Shown: positions 1 through 9,078 of the stretch, piece by piece
How positions within the stretch are numbered: position 1 is the first letter of the stretch
Layout: each line of letters starts with the position of its first letter
Assembly: GCA_964222325.1 (NCBI GenBank)
Contig: CAXQBC010000013.1
Location: 59,072-123,071 of the forward strand
DNA length: 64,000 nt
Direction of reading: 5' to 3'
Source of the DNA: Alteriqipengyuania sp.
GTDB lineage: Bacteria; Pseudomonadota; Alphaproteobacteria; Sphingomonadales; Sphingomonadaceae
The notes under the pieces: generated by a model
Seen by the model: the letters and a program-made list of their open reading frames with translations, nothing else
Database searches by the model: none
Told to the model about the DNA's origin: nothing
Position numbers and translations under genes: made by a program

Positions 1-599
1 TCGCCGCGCATCAGCCGCCCGATATTGGCCCGGTGCTGGACGAGCACGATGGCGGCAATCGCGACCAGCGGCCAGATCACCTGCGGATAGCCCATTGCCC
101 AGGCGACGAGCGGCGCCAGCAACACAGTTGTCATCGAAGAGACCGAGGATATGCGGCTGAGCCAGAGCGTCGCTGCCCAGATCGCGGCGCATACCAGCAT
201 CACCGGCCATGCCAGTGCGAGCAGCGCCCCGGCAGCGGTCGCGAAGCCCTTGCCCCCCTTGAAGCGCAGCCACGGCGTCCAGCAGTGCCCGGCCACGGCC
301 GCGACGGCAGCGATACCTTGCGCCAGCGTACGCTCCTGCCCGCTCCCGTCGAGCGCGAAGACCATCCCGACGACGATTACCGGCAGCGCACCCTTGGCGG
401 CGTCGAGCAGCACGGTCGCCGCTGCCAACTTCTTGTTACCGGTACGCAGCACGTTCGTCGCGCCGATGCTGCCGCTGCCGATGCTGCGGATATCGCCCAG
501 CCCTGCAGCGCGCGTCAGCAGCAGGCCGAAGGGGATCGATCCCAGTGCGAAGGCTAGCAATCCTGCGAATAGCAGTTCCAAATCAATAACCCCGTTCAT
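1..599 (-). CDS. plsY: Glycerol-3-phosphate acyltransferase PlsY (3' end lies outside window)
   Basis: Minus-strand frame is open to the window edge, so it is absent from the ORF track. Translation MNGVIDLELLFAGLLAFALGSIPFGLLLTRAAGLGDIRSIGSGSIGATNVLRTGNKKLAAATVLLDAAKG...HRANIGRLMRG carries PlsY signatures (GSIPFG, GSGxxGATNxxR). ATG at 597-599. Confidence 0.85.
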   Translation of the reverse strand, partial: MNGVIDLELLFAGLLAFALGSIPFGLLLTRAAGLGDIRSIGSGSIGATNVLRTGNKKLAAATVLLDAAKGALPVIVVGMVFALDGSGQERTLAQGIAAVAAVAGHCWTPWLRFKGGKGFATAAGALLALAWPVMLVCAAIWAATLWLSRISSVSSMTTVLLAPLVAWAMGYPQVIWPLVAIAAIVLVQHRANIGRLMRG

Positions 600-684
600 G
601 CTGAGCTTGTCGAAGCATTGCACTTCTTTTAGCGAACCCTCGCGATAAAGAAAAACAGCCCTTCGACAAGCTCGGGGCGAACGG
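592..684. repeat. ~92-bp palindromic intergenic repeat (MITE/REP-like), copy 1
   Basis: CCGTTCATGCTGAGCTTGTCGAAGC ... GCCCTTCGACAAGCTCGGGGCGAACGG. The two termini are inverted repeats of each other. The reverse complement of 18997-19087 aligns end to end with it. Confidence 0.7.
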
Positions 685-686
685 GT

Positions 687-1490
687 TTGATAGATTTGCG
701 CGATTCCGCCCCCATCTTGATCTTCGATTCCGGCGTTGGCGGGCTGACCATCCTTGCCGAGGTACGCAAGAGCCTTCCGCAAGCCCCGGTGATCTATGCC
801 GCCGATTTTGCAGGCCTGCCCTACGGCACCAAGAGCGAGGCGGAGGTCGCCGCGCGCGTGTGCGGCCTGCTGGGCCGGATGGCCGAACGCTACCAGCCGC
901 GCCTCATCTGCATCGCCTGCAACACCGCCAGCACGATTGCGCTGGGCATGGTCCGCGAGGTGCTCGAAATCCCGATTGTCGGCACAGTCCCTGCGATCAA
1001 GCCTGCCGCACTGACCACCAGCAGCGGCACGATCGGATTGCTGGGGACCGGCGCGACCGTGCGCCAGCCCTATGTCGACCGGCTTGAAGCCGAATTTGCC
1101 AGCGACAAGCGACTGATTCGCCACGCCGCCGATGCGCTGGTGCCTTTGGCGGAGGCGAAGCTGCGCGGTGAAAGCCTGCGCGCAGGCGCTCTCACACAGG
1201 CGGTTGCCGGGCTGCGTGATCACCCCGATGCGCGCAATCTCGATACGCTGGTGCTCGCCTGCACACACTTCCCGCTGCTGGCGGACGAGTTGCGCGAGGT
1301 GTTCGGCGCGCGGGTCCAGCTGGTCGATGGGGCGCAGGGGATCGCGCGCAGGATCGCGCACCTGACGCAGGGGCAGGCGATGGAGCGAACGCAAGACGAT
1401 TACGCCATCGCGACGGGACCCATCGCCAGTCTCGAAGCGCTTTCGGCCACCCTTGCCCGATATGGGCTCAAGCAACTGTCTCGCTTCTAG
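687..1490 (+). CDS. murI: Glutamate racemase
   Basis: 267 aa, TTG start. IFDSGVGGLTIL, IACNTAS and LACTHFPLL motifs are typical of MurI. Confidence 0.9.
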   Translation: MIDLRDSAPILIFDSGVGGLTILAEVRKSLPQAPVIYAADFAGLPYGTKSEAEVAARVCGLLGRMAERYQPRLICIACNTASTIALGMVREVLEIPIVGTVPAIKPAALTTSSGTIGLLGTGATVRQPYVDRLEAEFASDKRLIRHAADALVPLAEAKLRGESLRAGALTQAVAGLRDHPDARNLDTLVLACTHFPLLADELREVFGARVQLVDGAQGIARRIAHLTQGQAMERTQDDYAIATGPIASLEALSATLARYGLKQLSRF

Positions 1491-1493
1491 AAG

Positions 1494-1510
1494 TTGCGAT
1501 CCATTCGCAA
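1494..1510 (+). promoter_or_regulatory. 17-bp palindrome upstream of hemA (possible operator)
   Basis: TTGCGA-tccat-TCGCAA lies 48 nt upstream of the hemA start. Spacing does not fit a canonical FNR/FixK box. Function unknown. Confidence 0.2.
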
Positions 1511-1557
1511 AGATCGCGCTGGAAACTGCGGTTTTTGCAGCCTAAACGGGCGCCATC

Positions 1558-2787
1558 GTGATCACCTACGACCGCATATTCGACCAGGCGATTGATCGCC
1601 TACACGAGGAAGGCCGCTACCGCGTCTTCATCGATATCCTGCGCAACAAGGGCGCCTACCCTAATGCGCGCTGCTTCCACGGGCATAACGGCCCCAAGCC
1701 GATCACCGTGTGGTGCTCCAACGATTACCTCGCGATGGGCCAGCACCCCAAGGTGGTCGAGGCGATGGAAGAGGCGCTGCACGATGTCGGCGCGGGCTCT
1801 GGCGGCACGCGCAATATTGGCGGCAACACGCACTACCATATCGAGCTGGAAGCCGAGCTGGCGGACCTGCACGGCAAGGAAGCTGCGCTGATCTTCACCA
1901 GCGGCTATGTGTCGAACGACGCGACGCTCTCCACCCTCGCCAAGCTGCTGCCCGGTTGCGTGATCTTCTCGGACGCGCTCAACCACGCGAGCATGATCGC
2001 AGGGATCCGTAATTCGGGCTGCGCCAAGCGTGTGTTCCGCCATAACGACCTCGAACATCTCGAAGAACTGCTGGCGGCGGAGGACCCCGAAACGCCCAAG
2101 CTGATCGCCTTCGAAAGCGTCTATTCGATGGATGGCGACGTCGCGCCGCTGCACGCGATCTGCGACCTGGCCGACAAGTATAACGCGCTGACCTATTGCG
2201 ACGAGGTCCATGCGGTCGGCATGTACGGCGCGCGCGGTGGCGGCATTTCGGAGCGTGACGAGGCGGCGCACCGGATCGACATCCTCGAAGGCACGCTGGG
2301 CAAGGCCTTCGGCGTGATGGGTGGCTACATTGCGGCGGACAAGCGGATCGTCGATTGCATCCGCAGCTATGCGCCCGGCTTCATCTTCACCACCTCGCTT
2401 TCGCCGGTGCTGGTCGCGGGCGTGCTCGCAGCGGTGAAGCACCTCAAGGCATCGAGCGAGGAGCGCGACGCGCAGCAGGCCTCTGCCGCGCTGCTCAAGC
2501 AGATCATGGCCAACGCGGGCCTGCCCGTGATGGACTCCACCACGCATATCGTGCCGCTGATGGTCGGCGACCCGGTGAAGGCCAAGCGGATCAGCGACAT
2601 CCTGCTGGCCGAATACGGCATGTATGTGCAGCCGATCAATTTCCCGACCGTGCTGCGCGGAACGGAGCGCTTGCGCTTCACCCCCGGCCCTGCGCACACC
2701 GAAGAGATGATGCGCGAACTGGTGAGCGCGCTGGTCGAGATCTGGGAACGGACCGAGCTGGAACTGGAGCTGCGGCAGGCGGCCTGA
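1558..2787 (+). CDS. hemA: 5-aminolevulinate synthase
   Basis: 409 aa, GTG start. N-terminus [17 protein letters not shown]...[13 protein letters not shown] and the overall alpha-oxoamine synthase layout match ALAS. Confidence 0.92.
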   Translation: MITYDRIFDQAIDRLHEEGRYRVFIDILRNKGAYPNARCFHGHNGPKPITVWCSNDYLAMGQHPKVVEAMEEALHDVGAGSGGTRNIGGNTHYHIELEAELADLHGKEAALIFTSGYVSNDATLSTLAKLLPGCVIFSDALNHASMIAGIRNSGCAKRVFRHNDLEHLEELLAAEDPETPKLIAFESVYSMDGDVAPLHAICDLADKYNALTYCDEVHAVGMYGARGGGISERDEAAHRIDILEGTLGKAFGVMGGYIAADKRIVDCIRSYAPGFIFTTSLSPVLVAGVLAAVKHLKASSEERDAQQASAALLKQIMANAGLPVMDSTTHIVPLMVGDPVKAKRISDILLAEYGMYVQPINFPTVLRGTERLRFTPGPAHTEEMMRELVSALVEIWERTELELELRQAA

Positions 2788-3065
2788 TGGCGGATACTGC
2801 CGACCCCGATTTCCGGCACGACACCCCGCCCGAACTGCAGGCCATGCTCGATGGCGACGAGGCACTTTCCGCAAAGTGGGACGCGCTGACCGAGCTTGGC
2901 CGCAACGAGTGGATCTGCTGGACGATCTCCGCCAAGCAGGAAGCTACGCGAGAGAAACGCCGCGCGCGGCTGCACGAAGAAGTTCTGGACGGGAAAACGC
3001 GCCCTTGCTGCTGGCCCGGATGCCCGCACCGGCGTGAGTCCGCCCGCAAGTTTGTCGACGCGTAA
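2787..3065 (+). CDS. YdeI/OmpD-associated family protein (small, Cys-rich C-terminus)
   Basis: 92 aa. Its ATG overlaps the hemA stop (ATGA at 2785-2789). LTELGRNEWICWTISAKQEATREKRRARLHEEV resembles the YdeI/DUF1801-like family. Confidence 0.6.
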   Translation: MADTADPDFRHDTPPELQAMLDGDEALSAKWDALTELGRNEWICWTISAKQEATREKRRARLHEEVLDGKTRPCCWPGCPHRRESARKFVDA

Positions 3066-3111
3066 CGCACGCCGATCAATCTGCGATGGAATTGCGTCTG
3101 CGTCGCTCTAA

Positions 3112-4329
3112 ATGAGCGAAATGGAGTTCCTGCATTCACCCCGGTTCCGCGAGAACATGCCGCTGTACGGCGTGCTTGCGATTCTGGTGCTGGCCTTCGC
3201 CACGCTGGCGGTCGCTGGCGCACGAGAACCACAGCAGCCGGTAGAGGCACCGGATACGCCGCTCGACACGCCATTAACCGCTGAAAGGCTCCCGGCCAGT
3301 GGCGAGGAAGAGGGCCTTCTCCAATCCGAGCTTGACCCCACAGATGCGGTAGCGCGCAATGCCGCCGTCGAGATCGTCGAAGGTGGGCCCGGCGCCGCGT
3401 CACCCTTCGCCTTCGCGGGCAACAGCGCCGATCGCGCACGCGCACGCGATTGCCTTGCCCTCGCGGCCATGGCGGAGGCAGGCTATGGCGCTGTCGACCA
3501 GCGTGCCGTCATGCAGGTGATCCTCAACCGGGCGCGGCATCCTGCCTTCGCCAACACCGTGTGCGGCGTGGTCTTCCAGGGATCGCATCGCCCGACCGGA
3601 TGCCAGTTCAGTTTCACCTGCGACGGATCGCTCGCCCGGACCTACCCCGATGCGCAATGGCGGCTCGCGCGCGAGCGCGCGGACGAAGCGCTGGGTGGCC
3701 GGGTCGAGCCCCTGGTGGGCGACGCCACCCATTACCATGCGAATTACGTGTTCCCCTGGTGGAGCGACCAGCTGGACAAGATCGCCGTGGTCGGCCCGCA
3801 CCTGTTCTTCCGCTGGCGGGGGTTCTGGGGCACCGGCAAGGCGATGTCCGTGCGCTATCGCGGGGGGGAGCCCGATCCGATGGCACTGCGCACCACGGCG
3901 CAGGAGGTGGATCGCCCAGCCGACCTGCTCCCCAGCCTCGTCGGCGACAGCAAGGCCGTGCGCAGCATCACCGCGCAAACCGCCGGGGTCACGGACACAT
4001 CCTCCGCGACTCCAGCCCCCCAGCCCGGCTCCGCACCGTCCTCACCGGGTCCGGGCGCGCATTTCGTGCTCGTGAGTGCGGCGGACGATCCGGCAGCGAT
4101 CATAGAGCGCGCACGCACGTTGTGCCCCGGCACGCGATTCTGCCAGGTCTATGGCTGGAGCGACGCGGGCGCGATCCCCACCGAACTGCCGCTGTCGGGC
4201 GAGGCACGACGCCAGCTGCGCTTCAGCTATTTGCCCGCGCGCAGCGGTAACCCGGAAGCGATCTATTTCGATTGCCGCCTGTTCGCCGATGCTGCCGGGG
4301 GGCGCTGCCTGCCGAATGCGCGGCCCTGA
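3112..4329 (+). CDS. Cell wall hydrolase (SleB/Hydrolase_2 domain) with N-terminal TM and unknown C-terminal domain
   Basis: 405 aa. QRAVMQVILNRARHPAFANTVCGVVFQGS...CQFSFTCDG...ATHYHANYVFPWW is the SleB-type hydrolase core. Confidence 0.8.
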   Translation: MSEMEFLHSPRFRENMPLYGVLAILVLAFATLAVAGAREPQQPVEAPDTPLDTPLTAERLPASGEEEGLLQSELDPTDAVARNAAVEIVEGGPGAASPFAFAGNSADRARARDCLALAAMAEAGYGAVDQRAVMQVILNRARHPAFANTVCGVVFQGSHRPTGCQFSFTCDGSLARTYPDAQWRLARERADEALGGRVEPLVGDATHYHANYVFPWWSDQLDKIAVVGPHLFFRWRGFWGTGKAMSVRYRGGEPDPMALRTTAQEVDRPADLLPSLVGDSKAVRSITAQTAGVTDTSSATPAPQPGSAPSSPGPGAHFVLVSAADDPAAIIERARTLCPGTRFCQVYGWSDAGAIPTELPLSGEARRQLRFSYLPARSGNPEAIYFDCRLFADAAGGRCLPNARP

Positions 4330-4357
4330 CCCGGCAGGCCATTACCTTGATGCAGGC

Positions 4358-4951
4358 CTATTCGGGCCCGACAGCCCCGTCGGCGGGCCATGAGGTGTCG
4401 CCAATCCGCTGCAGGTTCATTTCGAGGAACTTGGTGCGGGGCTGGTCACCAAACTGCATGTAGCCGATTTCCACCCACGTGCCGTTCTGCACGACAGCTT
4501 CATAAGTGAAAGTCATCGGGCCACTCTCGACCCCCCAGTGAAAACCGTCCTCGGTCACCTTGAACCACGGCCTTGCAGTCATCCCGCGTGCGGTCGAGGT
4601 CATCACATATTCGTCGGCCGTAGCATCATAGGTGATCATGGCGACCGCATTGAATTCGAGGCTGCCATCCGCGCCGTAGCCGCGCCCCTCGATGATCCGC
4701 GCGACCCCTCCGGCCATCGTGCCCACACGCTCGGTCTGGGTCAGTTCGACCTCGCCCATCTGACCGGTCGAGATGGCCGTTCCGCGCCATTCCCCATCCA
4801 TGAAAGCGAAGCGCTCCATTGCGGCCTGCTGCTCGGCCTGCATCGCCTCCAGATCGGGCATCTGCGCCGATACGCTCGATGCGATCGGAACTGTGGTGAG
4901 CAGCGCACCCCACATCATGGCGCCGACAATCCATTGTTTCGGCCTGAACAT
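4358..4951 (-). CDS. Secreted hypothetical protein (possibly DUF1579-like)
   Basis: 197 aa with signal peptide MFRPKQWIVGAMMWGALLTTVPIASSVSAQ. The family call is tentative. Confidence 0.6.
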   Translation of the reverse strand: MFRPKQWIVGAMMWGALLTTVPIASSVSAQMPDLEAMQAEQQAAMERFAFMDGEWRGTAISTGQMGEVELTQTERVGTMAGGVARIIEGRGYGADGSLEFNAVAMITYDATADEYVMTSTARGMTARPWFKVTEDGFHWGVESGPMTFTYEAVVQNGTWVEIGYMQFGDQPRTKFLEMNLQRIGDTSWPADGAVGPE

Positions 4952-4971
4952 TCCCGTCTCTCCCTCTTGTC

Positions 4972-5814
4972 ATGGTTCCCACATGTGGCACGATCCTGCC
5001 CATGCGCCTGATCACCACCAGATTCATCGCAGATCGTACGCTTCGCAAGCACGGTTTCGTGAACCGCGCGCGTGGCTTCGCGAACTGGCTGGCGAACGGA
5101 CCGGGCATGCCGTTGCTGCCCGTAATCTCTTTCGGGGGTGCGCTGATCGGTACGGTCGCAGGTGCTTTCAATACGGGCGAGCTTCCATTCGGACAGCGGC
5201 TTGCCTTCTGGCTGATCCTGATGGGTATGGAGGCGATCAAGTGGCTCGGCTGGCTTCGCTGGCAAGTAAAGCAGCCGCGCGACTACTGGCGTGCGGCGCT
5301 GATCGGCACGCCCTTGCTGGGGTTGTTCATCCCGCTGGAAATCGCCGCAGCATTCTGGCTGGTCGGGATCGGACCGATGTTCGCAATCGCGCCGGTCCTG
5401 TTAAACGTTGCGGTCATCGGCGTGGCAGTATTGCTCGTAATTCTCGTCGTACTGCGGCCATGGCGCGACGCCCGCGAGGCAGCCCCCACCCTGTTGCAGA
5501 AGGAAGGCGTGGCGCAAGCCGATATCCTCGCCGTGTCATCCGAAGATCATTATTGCAGGCTTTACCTTGCCGGCGGCAGCGAACGGCTGATCCATGCGCG
5601 CCTTGTCGACATCGTGGAGTTGCTCGACCCGGCAGCAGGGACCCGGATCCATCGCAGTCACTGGTGTTCCGATAAGGCGGTTACGGCTTCACGGCGCGCG
5701 GGGCGCGGCTGGGAACTGATCATGCCTTCCGGCGCGGCTTTGCGCGTCAGCGCAACATATCGTGAGGAAGCGCAGCGGCGCGGCTGGCTCAGCCGCAACC
5801 GCCTTGTCGACTAG
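4972..5814 (+). CDS. LytTR-domain membrane protein
   Basis: 280 aa with several TM helices. The C-terminal ILAVSSEDHYCRLYL...IHRSHW is a LytTR DNA-binding domain. An alternative start is ATG 5002. Confidence 0.7.
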   Translation: MVPTCGTILPMRLITTRFIADRTLRKHGFVNRARGFANWLANGPGMPLLPVISFGGALIGTVAGAFNTGELPFGQRLAFWLILMGMEAIKWLGWLRWQVKQPRDYWRAALIGTPLLGLFIPLEIAAAFWLVGIGPMFAIAPVLLNVAVIGVAVLLVILVVLRPWRDAREAAPTLLQKEGVAQADILAVSSEDHYCRLYLAGGSERLIHARLVDIVELLDPAAGTRIHRSHWCSDKAVTASRRAGRGWELIMPSGAALRVSATYREEAQRRGWLSRNRLVD

Positions 5815-7013
5815 CGCAGGTTCACCACGTTGTCCGTCTCCGGGCGGACACGGCGGCCATCGTAGAGGCTCAGCATCGGGTCGTCTTCGACCACCACCTG
5901 CTGCGTCGCGCCGAAACCGTTGAAATCGGTCTTCATCGCTGCGCCATAGGCGCCCAGCATGCCGACTTCGATATAGTCGCCAGCCTTGATGTCGGCGGGA
6001 AGCGCGAAGGGCCCTTCCATGTAGTCCGCATCGTCGCAGGTCGGGCCATAGAGCGCGAAATCCTCGGCAGGGGCATGCTCTTCGTGGTCGAGCGCGCGGA
6101 CCGGGAAGTTCCACCCCAGGTGGGCCGCATCGTACAGCGCGCCGTAGGCACCGTCGTTGATGAACAGCTCTGCCCCGCGGCGCTTTTCCACCCGCGCGAG
6201 GAGCGAGGAATACTCCGCGCACAGCGCCCGGCCGGGTTCGCACCATAATTCTGCCGAATAGGAAATCGGCAGCGATTCCGAGGCGCGGAAGATCACGTCG
6301 AAATAATCTTCGAGCGGCGGCGGCTCCATGCCCGGGTAGATGCTCGGGAAGCCCCCACCCACGTCGATGATGTCGATGACAACGGACGACGCGACGATGG
6401 CCGCACGCGCACGCTCCATCGCCTGCACATAGGCGAACGGGGTCATTGCCTGGCTGCCGACATGGAAGCACACGCCCAGCCAGTCGCAATGCTGGCGGGT
6501 CTGCTGCAGCAGCAAGGGCGCTTCGGTCAGGTCGGCGCCGAACTTGCTCGCGAGCGAGAGTTCGGAAAATTCGCTGGAGACGCGCAGGCGCACCAGCAGC
6601 TTCAGGTCCTTCGCCGGAGTCCCGTCGGGACCGCGGCACGCATCGACGATCTTCGCCAGCTCTTCCTCACTATCGAGGCTGAAGGTGCGGCAGCCGTGCT
6701 GGTGGTAGGCCTCGGCAATCGCGCTCTTCGGCTTGACCGGGTGCATGAAGCACAGTTCGGCCTGCGGAAGCACGCTGCGCACCAGCCGCGTCTCGACGAT
6801 CGAGGCGACATCGTAATGCGTGATCCCGTTATCCCACAGGATGCGGATCAGGTCGGGCGAAGGGTTGGCCTTGACCGCATAGAGCGAGCGTCCGCGAAAG
6901 CTATCCGCGAAGAAACGCGCAGCGCGCGCCGCAGCGTGCGGGCGGTTCAGGATGACCGGTTCGTCCGGCGCGAAAGCCGCGACTACAGATCGAGCGTCAG
7001 GATAAGTGGCCAA
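5811..7013 (-). CDS. Type III PLP-dependent ornithine/lysine decarboxylase
   Basis: 400 aa, TTG start. YAVKANPSPDLIRIL and CFHVGSQ motifs fit Orn/Lys/DAP decarboxylase family 2. The 3' end overlaps the LytTR gene by 4 nt (convergent). Confidence 0.85.
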   Translation of the reverse strand: MATYPDARSVVAAFAPDEPVILNRPHAAARAARFFADSFRGRSLYAVKANPSPDLIRILWDNGITHYDVASIVETRLVRSVLPQAELCFMHPVKPKSAIAEAYHQHGCRTFSLDSEEELAKIVDACRGPDGTPAKDLKLLVRLRVSSEFSELSLASKFGADLTEAPLLLQQTRQHCDWLGVCFHVGSQAMTPFAYVQAMERARAAIVASSVVIDIIDVGGGFPSIYPGMEPPPLEDYFDVIFRASESLPISYSAELWCEPGRALCAEYSSLLARVEKRRGAELFINDGAYGALYDAAHLGWNFPVRALDHEEHAPAEDFALYGPTCDDADYMEGPFALPADIKAGDYIEVGMLGAYGAAMKTDFNGFGATQQVVVEDDPMLSLYDGRRVRPETDNVVNLR

Positions 7014-7222
7014 TTCAAGGGACCCCCAAAACGGTTAGGTTTCAGACAAGGGCTGCCTTGCGGTAAGAGTCCCCTTGGGGCAGCGGAAGCGCGCATCTAG
7101 AGCCTTCGCGCAGCATTGCAAGAGAATTCGTGCATACAGCGGTTTGGTGATTCAACGCTGTCAGGCCGATGAGTTCCGAAATGGTCTGCAACCGGGCGGT
7201 GAAACGGCTCACTATGCCCGGA
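7014..7222 (-). promoter_or_regulatory. Structured 5' leader of the decarboxylase gene (candidate speF-type leader)
   Basis: 209-nt ORF-free leader. The minus-strand RNA contains nested stems GCTGCC..GGCAGC, CCCCAAGGGG, GGGGAC..GTCCC and GCGCG..CGCGC. A speF leader motif is described upstream of alphaproteobacterial ODC genes. No covariance model was run. Confidence 0.3.
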
Positions 7223-7735
7223 TCATTCTGCTGCAGCGCGTTCCCTCAGGTGCTGCGCGACGTTCTTGTACTGCACCTCGAAGGCAACGAGTTGCCTCAA
7301 AAGGTAGCGTGGGGTGACCCCGCCTTCGAGCCTGACATAGCGCCTATAGAACACGTTCTTTTCCGGCCCCAATGTCACGATCTTGATGCCGGAAAATCCC
7401 CGATTGGCATCCATCAGGACCGATTCTGGAGGCGCGACGAGTTCACCGTCCGGGCGCAGGATCACGATGGCCGCGCATCGATTACCCGGTTCGCGATCGC
7501 ATTGTTCCAGCTGGACATAGAAGGCGGGATCTTCGCCGCCCTGAATGCGAAGCAGCTTCGTTTCCTCGACTACGGCGAGCACGCGATAGTCGGCGGCTTC
7601 CAAAAAGCTGTGCAACTCCGGCAAGGTCAGCGTGTCGATCAACTGCACCTGCTTTTGGCCGGGGGCTTGCGCCGATGCGGTGGCGTTTGCGCCCAGCGCC
7701 AGAGCCGCCGCAGCAAGAATGGTCAGGTGCTTCAT
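7223..7735 (-). CDS. Small secreted protein (YbjN-like fold suspected)
   Basis: 170 aa starting at MKHLTILAAAALALGANATASAQ (signal peptide). The long 7223..8377 ORF is an artefactual extension that overlaps nspC. Confidence 0.6.
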   Translation of the reverse strand: MKHLTILAAAALALGANATASAQAPGQKQVQLIDTLTLPELHSFLEAADYRVLAVVEETKLLRIQGGEDPAFYVQLEQCDREPGNRCAAIVILRPDGELVAPPESVLMDANRGFSGIKIVTLGPEKNVFYRRYVRLEGGVTPRYLLRQLVAFEVQYKNVAQHLRERAAAE

Positions 7736-7767
7736 CGGATCGGTCCTCCCCCGAACGGTCCGGCCGG

Positions 7768-8940
7768 TCAGCTCAGCCGGTTGCGAAACTCCTCGTACCC
7801 GAAGCGTTTGACGCAATCGAGCGTATCGCTGTCGCTGTCCCACAACCAGATCGAGGGCAGCGGGACGCCATTGAAGGTGTTGGTCTTGACCATCGAATAA
7901 TGCGCCTGGTCGAGGAAGGCGATCCGCTGTCCGGGCTCGTTTGGCACAGGCAGCGAATATTCGCCGATCACGTCGCCTGCCAGGCAGGACGGGCCGCCAA
8001 GGCGCACCGGCTCGCCGCCAACCTGCTCGCCCAGCATCGCGGGCCGGTACGGCGCTTCGATCACGTCGGGCATGTGGCACGTGGCCGAGATATCGAGGAT
8101 CGCGAGCGGCCCGACGTTCTCTCCCGTGTCGAGGATCGTGCCCACCAGGATCCCCGCATCCAGTGCCACCGCCTCGCCCGGCTCGAGATAGATTTCCGCG
8201 CCCGTATCCTCCTTCGCGTCGCGCAGGAACTCGATCAGCTCCTCGCGAGCGTAGTCGGCCCGCGTGATGTGGTGCCCGCCACCCATGTTGATCCACTTGA
8301 GCTGGCCGAAGAACGGCTCGATCGCGTCGAACACCCGGTCCCACGTCTGGTGCAGCGGCTCGAACCCCTGTTCGCACAGGTTGTGAAAGTGAATGCCCTC
8401 CACGCCCTCCATGTGCTCCTCGGTCAGCTGGTCGAGCGGGAAGCCGAGGCGGCTGCCGGGCGAGGACGGGTCGTAGCGCGGCACCTCGCCGGTCGGTACT
8501 TGCGGGTTGATCCGCAAACCCACGTCGAATGCGCCGCCGCTGGCACGCGCCTGTTCCAGTATCAGCGCGGCGCGGCTCATCTGGCCGGGCGAGTTGAAAA
8601 TCACGTGGTCGGATAGCCGCGCGACTTCCTCCAGCTCATCAGGCTTGTAGGCCGCGCAATAGGTGCTGATCTCGCCATCGTAGAACTCGCTGGCGAGGCG
8701 CGCCTCCCACAGGCCGGACGTGCACACCCCATCCAGATATTCGCCGATGATCGGCGCGGTGCTCCACATGCTGAACGCCTTCAGCGCGCTCAGCATCTTG
8801 ATATCCGCCTCGTCGCGGATTTCCGCGAGGATCTGGCAATTGGCGCGCAGCTTCGCCGCGTCCACCACGAAGGCGGGCGTATCGACGCGAGAAAGATCGA
8901 ATTGGGCGAAGGCGCCCGGATCACCGGCTTTTGTTTCCAT
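7768..8940 (-). CDS. nspC: Carboxynorspermidine/carboxyspermidine decarboxylase
   Basis: 390 aa. TPAFVVDAAKLRANCQIL...ALKAFSMW...GGGHH matches the NspC layout. Confidence 0.9.
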   Translation of the reverse strand: METKAGDPGAFAQFDLSRVDTPAFVVDAAKLRANCQILAEIRDEADIKMLSALKAFSMWSTAPIIGEYLDGVCTSGLWEARLASEFYDGEISTYCAAYKPDELEEVARLSDHVIFNSPGQMSRAALILEQARASGGAFDVGLRINPQVPTGEVPRYDPSSPGSRLGFPLDQLTEEHMEGVEGIHFHNLCEQGFEPLHQTWDRVFDAIEPFFGQLKWINMGGGHHITRADYAREELIEFLRDAKEDTGAEIYLEPGEAVALDAGILVGTILDTGENVGPLAILDISATCHMPDVIEAPYRPAMLGEQVGGEPVRLGGPSCLAGDVIGEYSLPVPNEPGQRIAFLDQAHYSMVKTNTFNGVPLPSIWLWDSDSDTLDCVKRFGYEEFRNRLS

Positions 8941-9078
8941 GGCCGCCAGATAGGGAATCTGGGCGCAGCTGTCATCGTGTCAGGTCATGCGTCGGTCGAC
9001 GAATTGTGACTGGCGCGGCGATGAGTGCTATATGAGCGTTAAGGGATCGGGTTCGCACATAACCGAGGGGGACGGAGA

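Noticed and set aside
1600-2874. 424-aa minus-strand ORF covering hemA
   Set aside because: It is antisense to a gene with unmistakable ALA synthase motifs. Its Arg/Ala/Gly-rich composition is typical of shadow ORFs in high-GC DNA.
7736-8377. N-terminal extension of ORF 7223..8377 (384 aa)
   Set aside because: The extension overlaps nspC in another frame and is Arg/Gly-rich. The internal Met at 7735 begins a clean signal peptide.
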